The notes below the pieces were generated by a model. It was not told the origin of the DNA and did no database searches. It was given only the letters and a program-made list of their open reading frames with translations. A stretch of 64,000 nt of DNA from an uncultured Pseudomonadota bacterium. GTDB taxonomy: Bacteria > Pseudomonadota > Gammaproteobacteria > Burkholderiales > Casimicrobiaceae. The stretch's first letter is position 1. Each line of letters opens with the position of its first letter. The DNA lies in the NCBI GenBank assembly GCA_963706225.1, contig CAVPMH010000025.1, positions 76,667 to 140,666 of the forward strand, read 5' to 3'. Shown in pieces: positions 43,619 through 54,214 of the stretch. A program made the position numbers and the translations under genes.

Positions 43619-44265
43619 GCGGCGACGGCCGAAGCTTCGGCGAGCGCGTCGATCAGCGGTTTGGCGATATCGCGCTTCAGTTTGAGCGCAGCGGGGCTCA
43701 CGATGAGCCGCGCCGTGATCGGCATGATGTCCTCGACCGCGACAAGGTCGTTCGCCTGCAGCGTGTGGCCCGTGGAGACGAGATCGACGATGGCATCGGC
43801 GAGTCCCGCGAGCGGCGCCAGCTCCATCGAGCCGTACAGCTTGATCAGGTCGACGTGCATCCCCTTCGCCGCGAAGTGCTCGCGCGCGGTCTTGACGTAC
43901 TTCGTCGCGACGCGGATGCGCGCGCCGCGCTGTACCGAATGCGCCCAATCGTAATCGCGTCGCGCCGCGACGACCAGGCGACAGCGCCCGATGCCGAGGT
44001 CGAGCGGCTGGTACAGACCTTCGGTTCCGTGCTCGAGCAGCACGTCCTTGCCGACGACGCCGAGATCGGCGGCGCCATACTGAACATAGGTCGGGACGTC
44101 AGTTGCGCGCAGGATGACCAGCGACACGCCCGGGCGATCGGTTGCGACGATCAGCTTGCGCGACGTGCACGGATCTTCGACAGGAACGACGCCCGCCGCT
44201 GCGAGCAGGGGGAGCGTTTCGTCGAGCAGGCGCCCCTTCGAGAGCGCCAGGTTGAGCGTGGGCAC
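43615..44265 (-). CDS. hisG: ATP phosphoribosyltransferase, short (HisZ-dependent) form
   Basis: [24 protein letters not shown]; 216 aa. Confidence 0.95.
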   Translation of the reverse strand: MPTLNLALSKGRLLDETLPLLAAAGVVPVEDPCTSRKLIVATDRPGVSLVILRATDVPTYVQYGAADLGVVGKDVLLEHGTEGLYQPLDLGIGRCRLVVAARRDYDWAHSVQRGARIRVATKYVKTAREHFAAKGMHVDLIKLYGSMELAPLAGLADAIVDLVSTGHTLQANDLVAVEDIMPITARLIVSPAALKLKRDIAKPLIDALAEASAVAA

Positions 44266-44342
44266 GGGGCGGACCGCAGGTTGAACCTGTCGATTCTACC
44301 GGAGCGGTCCGCATGCGCCCTCGCGCCCCCCAGTTGTGCCCC

Positions 44343-44585
44343 TCAATCGTCGTCGTCGATATACGCCGTCGGCGCAGAGGGGTAGACGACCGACGGCCGC
44401 TCGTACGTCACGCCGTGGTCGCGATACGTCACCGTCGCGTCCGGCTCGTAGACGATCGGCCGCGAATCGTAGTGATACCGGTAATGCAGGAGCGGGCCGC
44501 CCCAGTCGACGGTGGTGGCGCATCCGCCGAGCAGTCCGGCGAACGCCACGCCGGCCAGCGCCGCTTTCGTCAATCCATGTTTCAT
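44343..44585 (-). CDS. Small Tyr-rich lipoprotein
   Basis: MKHGLTKAALAGVAFAGLLGGC lipobox; SD GGAGG. Confidence 0.65.
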   Translation of the reverse strand: MKHGLTKAALAGVAFAGLLGGCATTVDWGGPLLHYRYHYDSRPIVYEPDATVTYRDHGVTYERPSVVYPSAPTAYIDDDD

Positions 44586-44678
44586 GGTGCCTCCATTCGC
44601 TAGGACGCCACAAATTAGGGCAGACGAGTTCCTGCGTGGTTCCTGCGACATCGCCGCGCGAGGGTGTCGGATGGACTC

Positions 44679-46028
44679 CTACACGGCGACCACCGGCCCT
44701 GCATCGCGATCCCAGGCGAGCGTTCCGCCGACATACGTCGCGCGGATCGCCCGGTCGTCGCCAAGCGCCAGTTGCACGCCGAGCGCCTCGTCGATGTCGT
44801 TGACGTAGCGCATCCGGAACTCGATCAGCGGCGTGGAGCAAAGATCGATGACGACGAGATCGGCCTCGCGTCCGGGCGCGATTGTGCCGATCTCGGCGTC
44901 GAGGTCGAGCGCCGCGGCCGCGCCCGTCGTCGCGAGCCACCAGGCGCGCGACGGCGACAGCGGATGGCCCTGCAGATGCGCGACATCGCTCGCCGCCTGC
45001 ATCGTGCGCAGCATCGAGAAGCCCGTGCCGGCGCCGAGATCCGTCGCCAGCGCGACGTGCACCGGACGCGCCGGGTCGCGCGCGCGATGGAGCGCGAACA
45101 GGCCGCTGCCGAGGAAATTGTTCGATGTCGGACAATGCGCGAGCGCCGTGCGCGACTCGGCAAGCCGATGGAAATCGCTTTCGCCGAGGTGAATTCCATG
45201 CGCGTAAATCGCCCGGCGCCCGAGCAGGCCGAATTGCGCGTACACGTCGAGATAGGAACCCTGCGCCGGATAAAGCGTCGTGATCCAGGCAACCTCGGCC
45301 GCGTTCTCGGCGACGTGGGATTGCACGTAGGCCCCGGGCGTCTCGCGCCACAGTGTGGCGGCCGCCTCGAGCTGCTCCGGCGACGACGTGGCGGCGAATC
45401 GCGGCGTGATCGCATACGCGAGGCGATCGCGATGATGCCAGCGGCCGATCAATGCCTTGCTCTCGTCGTATCCGCGCGTCGCGGTGTCGAGCAGGTCGGC
45501 GGGCGCATGGCGATCCATCAGCACCTTGCCCGCGATCATCCGCATTCCGCGCCGTTGCGCACCCTCGAACAGCGCATCGACCGACGCGGGATGGACCGTT
45601 CCGAAAACGGCGGCCGTCGTGATGCCGTGGCGCAGGTTCTCGTCCAGGTAACGCGCGGCGACCGATCGCGCGTAGTCGATGTCGGCGTAGCGCGCTTCCG
45701 CCGGAAACGTGCAGGCGGCGAGCCATTCCAGCAGCGGCTTGCCGCCGGCGCCGATGACCGGCAGTTGTGGATAGTGCACATGCGCATCGATGAACCCGGC
45801 GCTGATCAGGGCATCCCGGTAATGCGTGACCGGCGTGCCGGACGGAAGGCGCGCGGCGACCTCGTCAGCCGGGCCGCAATCGACGATGCGGCCGTTCGCC
45901 ATGGCGACGATCGCATCGCGCTCGTAGCGACGCACCGCCTGCGCGTCGGCGGTGAACGGATCCCCGCCAAACGTAAGGAGCGCGCCGCGAATCGCGGTGA
46001 CCGGTTCCGGGTTCGCCCCCGCGATCAT
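44679..46028 (-). CDS. guaD: Guanine deaminase
   Basis: GFIDAHVHYPQ, AITPRFA, QSHVAEN, HCPTSNNFLGSG, ATDLGAG. Confidence 0.92.
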   Translation of the reverse strand: MIAGANPEPVTAIRGALLTFGGDPFTADAQAVRRYERDAIVAMANGRIVDCGPADEVAARLPSGTPVTHYRDALISAGFIDAHVHYPQLPVIGAGGKPLLEWLAACTFPAEARYADIDYARSVAARYLDENLRHGITTAAVFGTVHPASVDALFEGAQRRGMRMIAGKVLMDRHAPADLLDTATRGYDESKALIGRWHHRDRLAYAITPRFAATSSPEQLEAAATLWRETPGAYVQSHVAENAAEVAWITTLYPAQGSYLDVYAQFGLLGRRAIYAHGIHLGESDFHRLAESRTALAHCPTSNNFLGSGLFALHRARDPARPVHVALATDLGAGTGFSMLRTMQAASDVAHLQGHPLSPSRAWWLATTGAAAALDLDAEIGTIAPGREADLVVIDLCSTPLIEFRMRYVNDIDEALGVQLALGDDRAIRATYVGGTLAWDRDAGPVVAV

Positions 46029-46041
46029 CGCGAACGGCGCG

Positions 46042-46884
46042 CTATTGGCGCGCCGTGCGCACGTTGTCGGGATTCGCGGCGCCCGCGTTCGTGCGAAACG
46101 GATTGATGTCGAGGCCCCCGCGCCGCGTGAACCGCGCAAGCACCGAAAGCTGCTCGCAGCGGCAGCGCGAGGCGACGTCCACGAAAATGCGCTCGACGCA
46201 ATGCTCGTGAAAGCCCGCGTGGCACCGATACGAAACGAGATAGCGCAACAGCCCTTCACGATCGATGCGCGGGCCGCGATACGTCAACTGCAGCGACGCG
46301 ATGTCCGGCTGCGCGGTGACCGGGCACACCGACCGGAACAGCCGGCTCGTCAGCCTCTCGTCGACGATATCGCCATTCGCGGAAAGGAACGCCGGCTCGA
46401 CGTCGTACGCGTCGCAGGCCACGCGCTGGTCATCGATGCTGTCGCCCGCCAGCTCGCGAATGGACTGCGCCTCGAACGCCGCCGGCCCGCGCAGCGCGAC
46501 GCCCACCTGCGCGCCACAGGCTTGCGACAGGTCGCGCTCGATCATCGCCGCGATTTCGGTCATGCCGGCGCAACGCGTCTGCGCGAACGAGCCGAGATAG
46601 AGCTTCATCGATTTCGATTCGATGATCGACGGTGAATCGATCGGCACGTCGAGCGTCGCGAGCGCGACCTGCGGCTTTCCGCCGGTGTCGAGCCAGGTCA
46701 ATTCGTACGCCGTCCACAGATCGACGCCGGTGAACGGCAGCGCGCTGGAGAGTCCCAACGCCGCGCGTTGCGGCGCGCGCGGCACGGCGAACAGCAGCGA
46801 CGGCGCGTATTGGTCCGGATGGCCGCTCGGCCGGCCGAGCGGCGCGCGCGCGAGGTCGTCCGCGGAGAGATCGGCTGAAATCAC
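46042..46884 (-). CDS. queF: NADPH-dependent preQ0 reductase (two-domain YqcD type)
   Basis: [33 protein letters not shown]. Confidence 0.95.
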   Translation of the reverse strand: MISADLSADDLARAPLGRPSGHPDQYAPSLLFAVPRAPQRAALGLSSALPFTGVDLWTAYELTWLDTGGKPQVALATLDVPIDSPSIIESKSMKLYLGSFAQTRCAGMTEIAAMIERDLSQACGAQVGVALRGPAAFEAQSIRELAGDSIDDQRVACDAYDVEPAFLSANGDIVDERLTSRLFRSVCPVTAQPDIASLQLTYRGPRIDREGLLRYLVSYRCHAGFHEHCVERIFVDVASRCRCEQLSVLARFTRRGGLDINPFRTNAGAANPDNVRTARQ

Positions 46885-48134
46885 TGTATCCGCCGGATGC
46901 GCGCGCCGAGCGCCGAGAGCTTTTCCTCGATGCGCTCGTAGCCGCGATCCAGATGGTAGATGCGGTCGATCGTCGTTTCACCGTCGGCGACGAGTCCCGC
47001 GATGACGAGGCACGCCGATGCGCGAAGGTCGGTCGCCATCACGTTCGCGCCGGTCAGCCGCGCGACTCCCTTGACGACCGCCGCGTTGCCCTCGACCTCG
47101 ATATCGGCGCCGAGCCGCTTCAGCTCCTGCACGTGCATCATCCGGTTCTCGAAGATCGTTTCGGTGATCACCGATGCGCCGTCCGCGAGCGTCGCGAGCG
47201 CCATGAACTGCGCCTGCATGTCGGTCGGGAACGCCGGGAACGGCGCGGTGCGGACGTTGGCGGCGCGCAATGCGCCGTTGCCGCGCACGTGGATGCTCGC
47301 GCCAGCCGCTTCGATAAGCGCGCCGGCCTCGCGCAGCTTGTCCATGATGGCGGCGAGAGAAGCCGCGTCGGCGCCGGCAATGATCACGTCGCCGCGCGTT
47401 GCGGCCGCCGCGGCGAGAAACGTTCCGGTTTCGATGCGATCCGGCATGATGAGATGCGTGGCGCCGTGCAGTGCGGCCACGCCCTCGATCACGATGCGAT
47501 CGCTGCCCGCACCGGTGATCCGGGCGCCCATCGCGCAAAGGCACGTCGCGAGATCGACCACTTCCGGCTCGCGCGCCGCGTTGTCGAGCGTCGTCACGCC
47601 GTCGGCCAGCGCCGCGGCCATCATCAGGTTCTCGGTCCCGGTCACGGTGACGACATCGAACACGAAGCTCGCACCGGTGAGGCGCGTGGCGCGCGCATTG
47701 ATGTAGCCGTGCGTGAGGTCGATCTCGGCGCCCATCGCCTGCAGGCCCTTGATGTGCTGATCGACCGGTCGCAGGCCGATCGCGCAGCCGCCCGGCAGCG
47801 AGACGCGCGCCTCGCCGCAGCGCGCGAGCAGCGGCCCGAGCGCCAGGATCGACGCGCGCATCGTCTTGACCATCTCGTAGGGCGCCGACGGCCAGTCGAT
47901 GTGCGCAGCGTCGAGCGTGATGCCGTCCGGGTCGTGGCGTTGCTGCCGCACGCCCATCTGCGACAGCAGCGCGCTCATCGTGCGCACGTCGTTGAGGTGT
48001 GGAACGTTGGCGAGCGTCAGCGGCTCGCGCGTCAGCAGCGCCGCGCACAGGATCGGCAGTGCCGCGTTCTTGGCGCCCGAGACGCGCACCTCGCCCGTGA
48101 GGCGGCACCCGCCTTCGATGACGAGCTTATCCAT
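46881..48134 (-). CDS. murA: UDP-N-acetylglucosamine 1-carboxyvinyltransferase
   Basis: [30 protein letters not shown]. Confidence 0.97.
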   Translation of the reverse strand: MDKLVIEGGCRLTGEVRVSGAKNAALPILCAALLTREPLTLANVPHLNDVRTMSALLSQMGVRQQRHDPDGITLDAAHIDWPSAPYEMVKTMRASILALGPLLARCGEARVSLPGGCAIGLRPVDQHIKGLQAMGAEIDLTHGYINARATRLTGASFVFDVVTVTGTENLMMAAALADGVTTLDNAAREPEVVDLATCLCAMGARITGAGSDRIVIEGVAALHGATHLIMPDRIETGTFLAAAAATRGDVIIAGADAASLAAIMDKLREAGALIEAAGASIHVRGNGALRAANVRTAPFPAFPTDMQAQFMALATLADGASVITETIFENRMMHVQELKRLGADIEVEGNAAVVKGVARLTGANVMATDLRASACLVIAGLVADGETTIDRIYHLDRGYERIEEKLSALGARIRRIQ

Positions 48135-48387
48135 TCGTCGAACCCGCTTTCCCGCCCGCGGCATGCTCTTCCGGGGTCTGCGTGTTCATCGACAGCGCGT
48201 GCACCTCCTCGCGCATCCGCTCGCCGAGCGCCGCGTAGACCAGCCGATGCCGCGCAATGCGCGACAGGCCGCTGAATGCGCGCGAGACGATCAACGCCTC
48301 GAAATGGTGACCGTCGCCGGTGACGTCGACGACGTCGCAGTCGAGGCCGGTCTCGATGGACGACTTGATCGATTCGCTGGTGACCAT
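48127..48387 (-). CDS. BolA/IbaG-family protein
   Basis: [19 protein letters not shown]. Confidence 0.92.
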   Translation of the reverse strand: MVTSESIKSSIETGLDCDVVDVTGDGHHFEALIVSRAFSGLSRIARHRLVYAALGERMREEVHALSMNTQTPEEHAAGGKAGSTNG

Positions 48388-48397
48388 TCTTTTCCCT

Positions 48398-49177
48398 TCA
48401 GTGGCGAAGCTTCCAGCCGCGCGAGAGCATCAGCAGCGCGATGCCGGCGAGCACGACGGCCGCGGCGGCGACGAGCGCCAGCGAGATACCGGGCGCGATG
48501 TCGGACAGCCCGAAAAATCCGTAGCGAAAGCCGTCGATCATATAAAAGAACGGATTGAAATGCGACAGCGCCTGCCAGAACGGCGGTAGCGAATGGATCG
48601 AGTAGAACACGCCGGACAGGAACGTGAGCGGCATGATCAGGAAATTCTGGAATGCCGCGAGCTCATCGAACTTGTCCGACCAGATGCCCGCGATCACGCC
48701 GAGCGTGGCGAGGATGCCGCTGCCGAGCACGGCGAATGCGATCGCCAAGGCCGGATGCGCCATCGTGAACGGCCCTGGAACGAACAGCAGCGTCACGGCG
48801 AACACGCCGATCCCGACGACGAGGCCGCGCACCATCGCACCGAGCACGTAGGCCGCGTACATGTCGAGCGGCGACAACGGCGGCAACAGCACGAAGATCA
48901 GGTTGCCGGTGATTTTCGACTGGATCAGCGACGACGACGCGTTGGCGAACGAGTTCTGCAGCACCGACATCATCACGAGCCCGGGGACGAGGAACGCCGT
49001 GTAGCGGACCTGGCCGTTGAAGACCGACACGCGCGACTCGAGCACGTGCGAAAAGATGAGCAGGTAGAGGAGCGCCGTCAGCACCGGCGCGGCGATCGTC
49101 TGGAAGCTGACCTTCCAGAAGCGCAGCAGCTCCTTCTGGAGCAGCGTGAGCCAGCCGGAGCCGACGATTTCGATCAT
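48398..49177 (-). CDS. ABC-2 type permease (YadH-like)
   Basis: KELLRFWKV, LTFLSGVFY, NPFFYMIDGFRYG. Confidence 0.9.
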   Translation of the reverse strand: MIEIVGSGWLTLLQKELLRFWKVSFQTIAAPVLTALLYLLIFSHVLESRVSVFNGQVRYTAFLVPGLVMMSVLQNSFANASSSLIQSKITGNLIFVLLPPLSPLDMYAAYVLGAMVRGLVVGIGVFAVTLLFVPGPFTMAHPALAIAFAVLGSGILATLGVIAGIWSDKFDELAAFQNFLIMPLTFLSGVFYSIHSLPPFWQALSHFNPFFYMIDGFRYGFFGLSDIAPGISLALVAAAAVVLAGIALLMLSRGWKLRH

Positions 49178-50115
49178 GCTTCGGGGATCGCAATCGGGGG
49201 CTCGGTCTCGTCGGTCGTTTCGCTGCCGGCCATGATGCGCAGGAATGCCTGCTCGAGATCGGTTTCGGCCAGCGCGAGATCGTCGATCGAAACACCCGCG
49301 CCACGAAACGACGCGAGCAGCCGCTCGAGCTCCGCGTAGCTCTCGAGACCGAGGTAGTACACCGATCCTTCGCGCCGGTGAATGCGATGCTGCCATTCGT
49401 CGGGCAACCGTTCGGCCGACACCCGCACCGTCAGCCCGGCGAATCGCGACAACAGGTGCTGCGTCGTGTCGAGCGCCACGATGCGGCCCGATTTCAGCAT
49501 GGCGATGCGGCCGCACAGCGCCTCGGCCTCCTCGAGATAGTGCGTCGTCAGGATGATCGTGTGGCCTTCGCGGTTGAGCTTGCGAATGAACCCCCACAGG
49601 CTCTGGCGCAGCTCGACGTCCACACCCGCCGTCGGCTCGTCGAGGACGATCACCGGCGGCTTGTGGACGAGCGCCTGGCCCACCAGCACGCGCCGCTTCA
49701 TGCCGCCCGAAAGCGCGCGCATGTTGGCGTCGGCCTTTTGCGTCAGGTCGAGGTGATGCAAAAGCTCGTCGATCCACGCATCGTTCTTGCGCAGGCCGAA
49801 GTAGCCCGACTGGATGCGCAGCGTTTCGCGAACGCTGAAGAACGGATCGAAGACGAGCTCCTGCGGCACGACACCGAGCGCCCGGCGCGCCTTGCGATAG
49901 TCGCCGACGACGTCGTGGCCGAGAATTCGCGCCGTCCCGCGATCGGCGCGCGTCAGTCCGGCGAGAATCGATATCAGCGTCGTCTTGCCGGCGCCGTTCG
50001 GGCCGAGCAGCCCGAAGAACTCGCCCTGCGCCACGCGCAAATCGATGCCGGCGAGCGCCTGCACGCTGCCGAAGCGGCGCGCGATGCCGATCACGTCGAC
50101 GGCATCGGGCATCAT
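49174..50115 (-). CDS. ABC ATP-binding protein (YadG-like)
   Basis: [26 protein letters not shown]. Confidence 0.92.
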   Translation of the reverse strand: MMPDAVDVIGIARRFGSVQALAGIDLRVAQGEFFGLLGPNGAGKTTLISILAGLTRADRGTARILGHDVVGDYRKARRALGVVPQELVFDPFFSVRETLRIQSGYFGLRKNDAWIDELLHHLDLTQKADANMRALSGGMKRRVLVGQALVHKPPVIVLDEPTAGVDVELRQSLWGFIRKLNREGHTIILTTHYLEEAEALCGRIAMLKSGRIVALDTTQHLLSRFAGLTVRVSAERLPDEWQHRIHRREGSVYYLGLESYAELERLLASFRGAGVSIDDLALAETDLEQAFLRIMAGSETTDETEPPIAIPEA

Positions 50116-50127
50116 GTCGCGGAAAGC

Positions 50128-50442
50128 TCAGTCGAGCAGGTTCTCGACGCCGTAGACGACGGCGAGCGAGCGCAGCGATGCCGGCAGGCCGGTGGCGGAC
50201 AACGTGCGCCCTTCGCCGGCGGCGCGCCGCTTCAGCGCGATGATGATCGCGAGCGCCGCCGAATCGGCGTGACGCATGCCGCTGAAGTCGACAATGCCGT
50301 TCGCCGGCAAGGGCGTCGCCTTCGATGCCTCGAAGATCGTGGCGGCGCCGTCGAGCGTCAGCGCACCGGCGAAATGCCACCCTGCGTCGGACACGGTAAA
50401 GCCGCCAATGGCCTCCGCGTCGGCCGGCGGATGCTCGATCAC
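50128..50442 (-). CDS. mlaB: STAS-domain protein
   Basis: DSAALA, LAVVYGV; operon context. Confidence 0.82.
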   Translation of the reverse strand: MIEHPPADAEAIGGFTVSDAGWHFAGALTLDGAATIFEASKATPLPANGIVDFSGMRHADSAALAIIIALKRRAAGEGRTLSATGLPASLRSLAVVYGVENLLD

Positions 50443-51086
50443 TTCGCGGCACCGCCCGAATTCTTGCTCGCGAGGGCCTGGATCAGCCCGTCGATGCCGC
50501 CCGATTGCACCTGCTGGGTGAACTCGTCGCGGTAATTCGTGACGAGCGACACGCCGCCGACGATCACGTCGTACGCCTTCCAGCCCGCGGGCGTCTTTTC
50601 CATGCTGTAGTCGATCTCGACCGGCGTCTGTCCGGGCCGGACGACCGTCGTGCGCACGGTCACGTCGGCGGCATCGGGCGCGGCACGCAACGGCTCGTAC
50701 TGGAGCGTCTGGTCGCGATACTGGTTGAGCGCATTGGAATACGTGCGGATCAGCAGCGACTTGAACTCGTCGGCCAGGCGCTTTTTCTGCTCGGGCGTCG
50801 CCTGCCGCCAGGACCGCCCCATGGCGAGCGCCGTCATCCGGTCCATGTCGAAGTGCGGCGCGAGCTTCGCCTCGATCAGCTCGCGAATGCGCGCCTGGTC
50901 GCCCGCCTGCACTTTCGGGTCGGTCTTGATGATCTGGAGCGCCTCCTGCGACACGCGCTTCACGAGCGCATCCGGCGCTTCCTGCGCGAGCGCCGGCAAC
51001 GCGACGAGCGCCAGAACGGCCACGGCAACGCTGCGCGCGCCGGCCGCCATGCGGGCCGCGCGACGCGAGTGCGGATTCGACGTCAT
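50439..51086 (-). CDS. mlaC: Phospholipid-binding protein MlaC
   Basis: LLIRTYS, WKAYDVIVGGVSLVTNYR. Confidence 0.92.
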   Translation of the reverse strand: MTSNPHSRRAARMAAGARSVAVAVLALVALPALAQEAPDALVKRVSQEALQIIKTDPKVQAGDQARIRELIEAKLAPHFDMDRMTALAMGRSWRQATPEQKKRLADEFKSLLIRTYSNALNQYRDQTLQYEPLRAAPDAADVTVRTTVVRPGQTPVEIDYSMEKTPAGWKAYDVIVGGVSLVTNYRDEFTQQVQSGGIDGLIQALASKNSGGAAK

Positions 51087-51793
51087 TCTTCATCCTTCGA
51101 AGGCGGCGGCTTCCCGTCGTACACGAGATATTGGCGGCGCTGCAGATACGAGCGCCGGATGAACGTGTACGGATCGAGTGCTGCCTGGTTGACGAGATTT
51201 TCGGCCTGCAGCGCCGACGCGCGCAGATCGACGAGATTCAGCGCCCAGAGGATGTTGCGCGTCGAGATGTCGTTGATGTAGCCAATCGGGCTCGCATACG
51301 CACGGAGGATGGACCCGGTGCCATCGCGCACGGTGGTCGGGCCGAATACCGGAATGAACAGGTACGGACCCTGCGGCACGCCCCAGACGCCGAGCGTCTG
51401 CCCGAAATCCTCGTTGCCCTTCGGGATGCCTGCGTCGCCCGCGATGTCGATCAGGCCGCCGATGCCGAACGCGGTGTTCGTGATGACGCGGCCAAGGTCG
51501 TTGCCGGCCTTGTCGGGCTTCCCCTGCAACACGTCGTTGGCGAACGAAAACAGGTCGTCGATGTTGCCGAAGAAATTCGTCACTGCCTGGCGCACGAGCC
51601 GCGGCGTGTAATCGACGTACGCCTGGACCACCGGCTTGACGATCTTGCCGTCGACGACCTGGTGGACCTGGTACGAGACGCGATTCGCAGGCTCGAAAGG
51701 ATCCTCGCGCGTCGGACCCATGGCGCAGCCCGCGAGCAGCGCGGCAACCGTCACGGTCCCGGCGCAGTGCCGGATGATGCGCAGCGAAGTCAC
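51083..51793 (-). CDS. mlaA: MlaA/VacJ lipoprotein
   Basis: LAGC, DPFEPANR, EDFGQTLG, GPTTVRD. Confidence 0.93.
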   Translation of the reverse strand: MTSLRIIRHCAGTVTVAALLAGCAMGPTREDPFEPANRVSYQVHQVVDGKIVKPVVQAYVDYTPRLVRQAVTNFFGNIDDLFSFANDVLQGKPDKAGNDLGRVITNTAFGIGGLIDIAGDAGIPKGNEDFGQTLGVWGVPQGPYLFIPVFGPTTVRDGTGSILRAYASPIGYINDISTRNILWALNLVDLRASALQAENLVNQAALDPYTFIRRSYLQRRQYLVYDGKPPPSKDEE

Positions 51794-52338
51794 TTGCCAC
51801 CTCCTGCGGACACTGCAGCACCGGTACCGGAACCCGCACTTGCCGCGGCAGGCCCGTTGCTGGCGCCTGGCGCTGCGCCGTTGCCTGCAGCAGCCTTGTC
51901 GAACATGAACTGGCCGATCAGCTTCTCGAGCACGATCGCCGATTGCGTTTTCCCGATGCGCGCGCCGTCGGCGAGCATCTGCGTGTCGCCGCCGGAGTCG
52001 AGCCCGATGTACACCTCGCCGAGCAGCCCGGACGTGAGGATCGATGCGATCGTGTCCTTGGTGAACTGATAGCCGCGATCGATTTTCATCGACACGACCG
52101 CCTGGTACGTTTGCGGATCGAGCTTGATGCGCTCGACGCGGCCGACGACGACCCCCGCCGCCTTCACCGGCGCGCGCAGCTTCAGGCCGCCGATGTTGTC
52201 GAATGCGGCGTCCAGATGATAGCCGGGCGCGCTGCTGACCGACGTCAGGTTGCCGACCTTGAGCGCCAGGAACAGGATCGCGGCGACGCCGATCGTCACG
52301 AAGATGCCGACCCACAGGTCCAGCGTCGATCGATTCAT
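51790..52338 (-). CDS. mlaD: MCE-domain protein MlaD
   Basis: FDNIGGLK, TSGLLGE, VLEKLIGQF. Confidence 0.94.
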   Translation of the reverse strand: MNRSTLDLWVGIFVTIGVAAILFLALKVGNLTSVSSAPGYHLDAAFDNIGGLKLRAPVKAAGVVVGRVERIKLDPQTYQAVVSMKIDRGYQFTKDTIASILTSGLLGEVYIGLDSGGDTQMLADGARIGKTQSAIVLEKLIGQFMFDKAAAGNGAAPGASNGPAAASAGSGTGAAVSAGGGK

Positions 52339-52424
52339 GCGCGCCCCTCGCCGCGGTCCTCTTCCCAACCGGGGAGAGGTGCCGAGCGAATGCGAGGCGA
52401 GTGAGCGGATTGTCCGGGTCTCAT
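52335..52424 (-). other. 29-aa bridge mini-ORF containing a Family-B repeat, between mlaE and mlaD
   Basis: MRPGQSAHSPRIRSAPLPGWEEDRGEGRA*; ATGA overlap at both ends; contains the CCTCTCCCC/GGGAAGAGG hairpin. Confidence 0.6.
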
Positions 52425-53230
52425 GCGCCTACACCTACCCCTCTGAACATGAAGACGGTGAGCACGAAATCGAGCGCCAGAATCGAAAGCGAGCTGGCGA
52501 CGACCGTTCGCGTCGTCGCCGTCGAAACGCCTTCGGCGGTCGGTCGCGCGTTATAGCCTTCGAACACCGCGATCGCGCTGACCGCGATGCCGAACACGAC
52601 GCTCTTGATGAAGCCGTTGAGGATGTCGTGGCCGAAATCGACAGCCGCTCGCATGTTGCCCCAGAACGCCCCGGAATCGATGCCGATCAGCTTCACGCCG
52701 ACCAGGTAGGCGCCGAAGACGCCGAGCGTCGAGAACAATGCGGCAAGCAGCGGCATCGATACGACGCCGCCGACAAAGCGCGGCGCCACGACGCGCGCGA
52801 GCGGATCGACGGCCATCATTTCCATTGCGGACAGTTGCTCCGTGGTCTTCATCAGCCCGATTTCGGCGGTGACGGCACTGCCCGCGCGGCTGGCAAAAAG
52901 CAGACCCGCCACGACCGGCCCGAGTTCCCGAACGAGCGACAGCGCCACCAGGATGCCGAGTGATTCGTTCGCGCCGTACCGCGTGAGCACCTCGTAGCCC
53001 TGAAGGGCCAGCACCATGCCGACGAACAGCCCCGACACGAGAATGATGACGAGCGACAGGACGCCGGAAAAATAAATCTCGCGCAGCGTCAGTTGCAGGC
53101 GCCGGAACGCGCCGGGAAGATGCATCAGCACCGCGACCGAAAAGCGCGCGGCGAACCCCAGGCGCTCGATGGAGTCGAGCGTGCGCCCGCCCACCCGGCG
53201 CAGCGCCCACGTAACCGAATCAGCCGGCAT
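52421..53230 (-). CDS. mlaE: Permease MlaE (in-frame GTG at 53275 also possible)
   Basis: LVRELGPV, AEIGLMKTTEQL, ATTRTVV. Confidence 0.94.
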   Translation of the reverse strand: MPADSVTWALRRVGGRTLDSIERLGFAARFSVAVLMHLPGAFRRLQLTLREIYFSGVLSLVIILVSGLFVGMVLALQGYEVLTRYGANESLGILVALSLVRELGPVVAGLLFASRAGSAVTAEIGLMKTTEQLSAMEMMAVDPLARVVAPRFVGGVVSMPLLAALFSTLGVFGAYLVGVKLIGIDSGAFWGNMRAAVDFGHDILNGFIKSVVFGIAVSAIAVFEGYNARPTAEGVSTATTRTVVASSLSILALDFVLTVFMFRGVGVGA

Positions 53231-53271
53231 GCGCTGTGCTCCCGACGCCTGCGGCTGCCGCCGCTCGGCGC

Positions 53272-54105
53272 TCACGCAAACTCCTCGGCCACCGCGCGCG
53301 CCGGATAGTGGAACGGCACCGGTCCGTCGGGCTCGCCGTCGACGAACTGGCGCACGAACGAATCCTTCGATTGCCGCACCTCGTCGGGCGTCCCCTGCGC
53401 CACGATCCCGCCTTCCGCGACGAAGTAAATGTAGTCGACGATCTTCAGCGACTCGTAGATGTCGTGCGTGACGACGACCGACGTGATGCCGAGCGCATCG
53501 TTCAGCTTGCGGACGAGCTGCCCGACGATGCCGAGCGAGATCGGATCGAGGCCGGCGAACGGCTCGTCGTACATGACGAGCATCGGGTCGAGCGCAATTG
53601 CGCGCGCGAGGGCCACGCGCCTCGACATGCCGCCCGAAAGCTCGGCCGGACGCAGCTGCGCCGCGCCGCGCAGTCCCACCGCGTTGAGCTTCATCAGCAC
53701 GAGGTCGCGAATCAGCTCCTCCTGCAGTTCGGTGTGCTCGCGCATCGGGAACGCGATGTTCTCGAACACCGACATATCGGTGAACAGTGCGCCGAACTGG
53801 AACAGCATGCCGATCCTGCGACGAAGTGCGAACAGCGCCTCGCGATCGAGCGCCATCACGTCCTGGCCCGCCACGGTGATCGTGCCGCTTTGCTGGCGCA
53901 ACTGGCCGCCGATCAGGCGCAGGATCGTCGTCTTGCCGCAGCCGGAGCCGCCCATGATCGCGACGAGCTTGCCACGCGGGATCGCCATGTCGATGCCGCG
54001 CAGCACCGGCCGGCGGCGATCGTAGCCGAACCACACGCCCGTCATCCGGACGGCAATTTCAGTCGGGCACGTCGGCAAGACGGCAGCCGGTTCGACAACG
54101 GACAT
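53272..54105 (-). CDS. mlaF: ATPase MlaF
   Basis: GGSGCGKTT, FQFGALFTD, LSGGMSRR, YDEPFAGLDP. Confidence 0.94.
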   Translation of the reverse strand: MSVVEPAAVLPTCPTEIAVRMTGVWFGYDRRRPVLRGIDMAIPRGKLVAIMGGSGCGKTTILRLIGGQLRQQSGTITVAGQDVMALDREALFALRRRIGMLFQFGALFTDMSVFENIAFPMREHTELQEELIRDLVLMKLNAVGLRGAAQLRPAELSGGMSRRVALARAIALDPMLVMYDEPFAGLDPISLGIVGQLVRKLNDALGITSVVVTHDIYESLKIVDYIYFVAEGGIVAQGTPDEVRQSKDSFVRQFVDGEPDGPVPFHYPARAVAEEFA

Positions 54106-54214
54106 TTGGGGGACAGCGGGAGGGCGGAAGAAGGATTGTATCCGGTGGGCGAAACGCCCCGCAACGACGTCAATCGGAGACAGTGGCACAAGGGCTCGGT
54201 CGAGGGCCCGCGGC

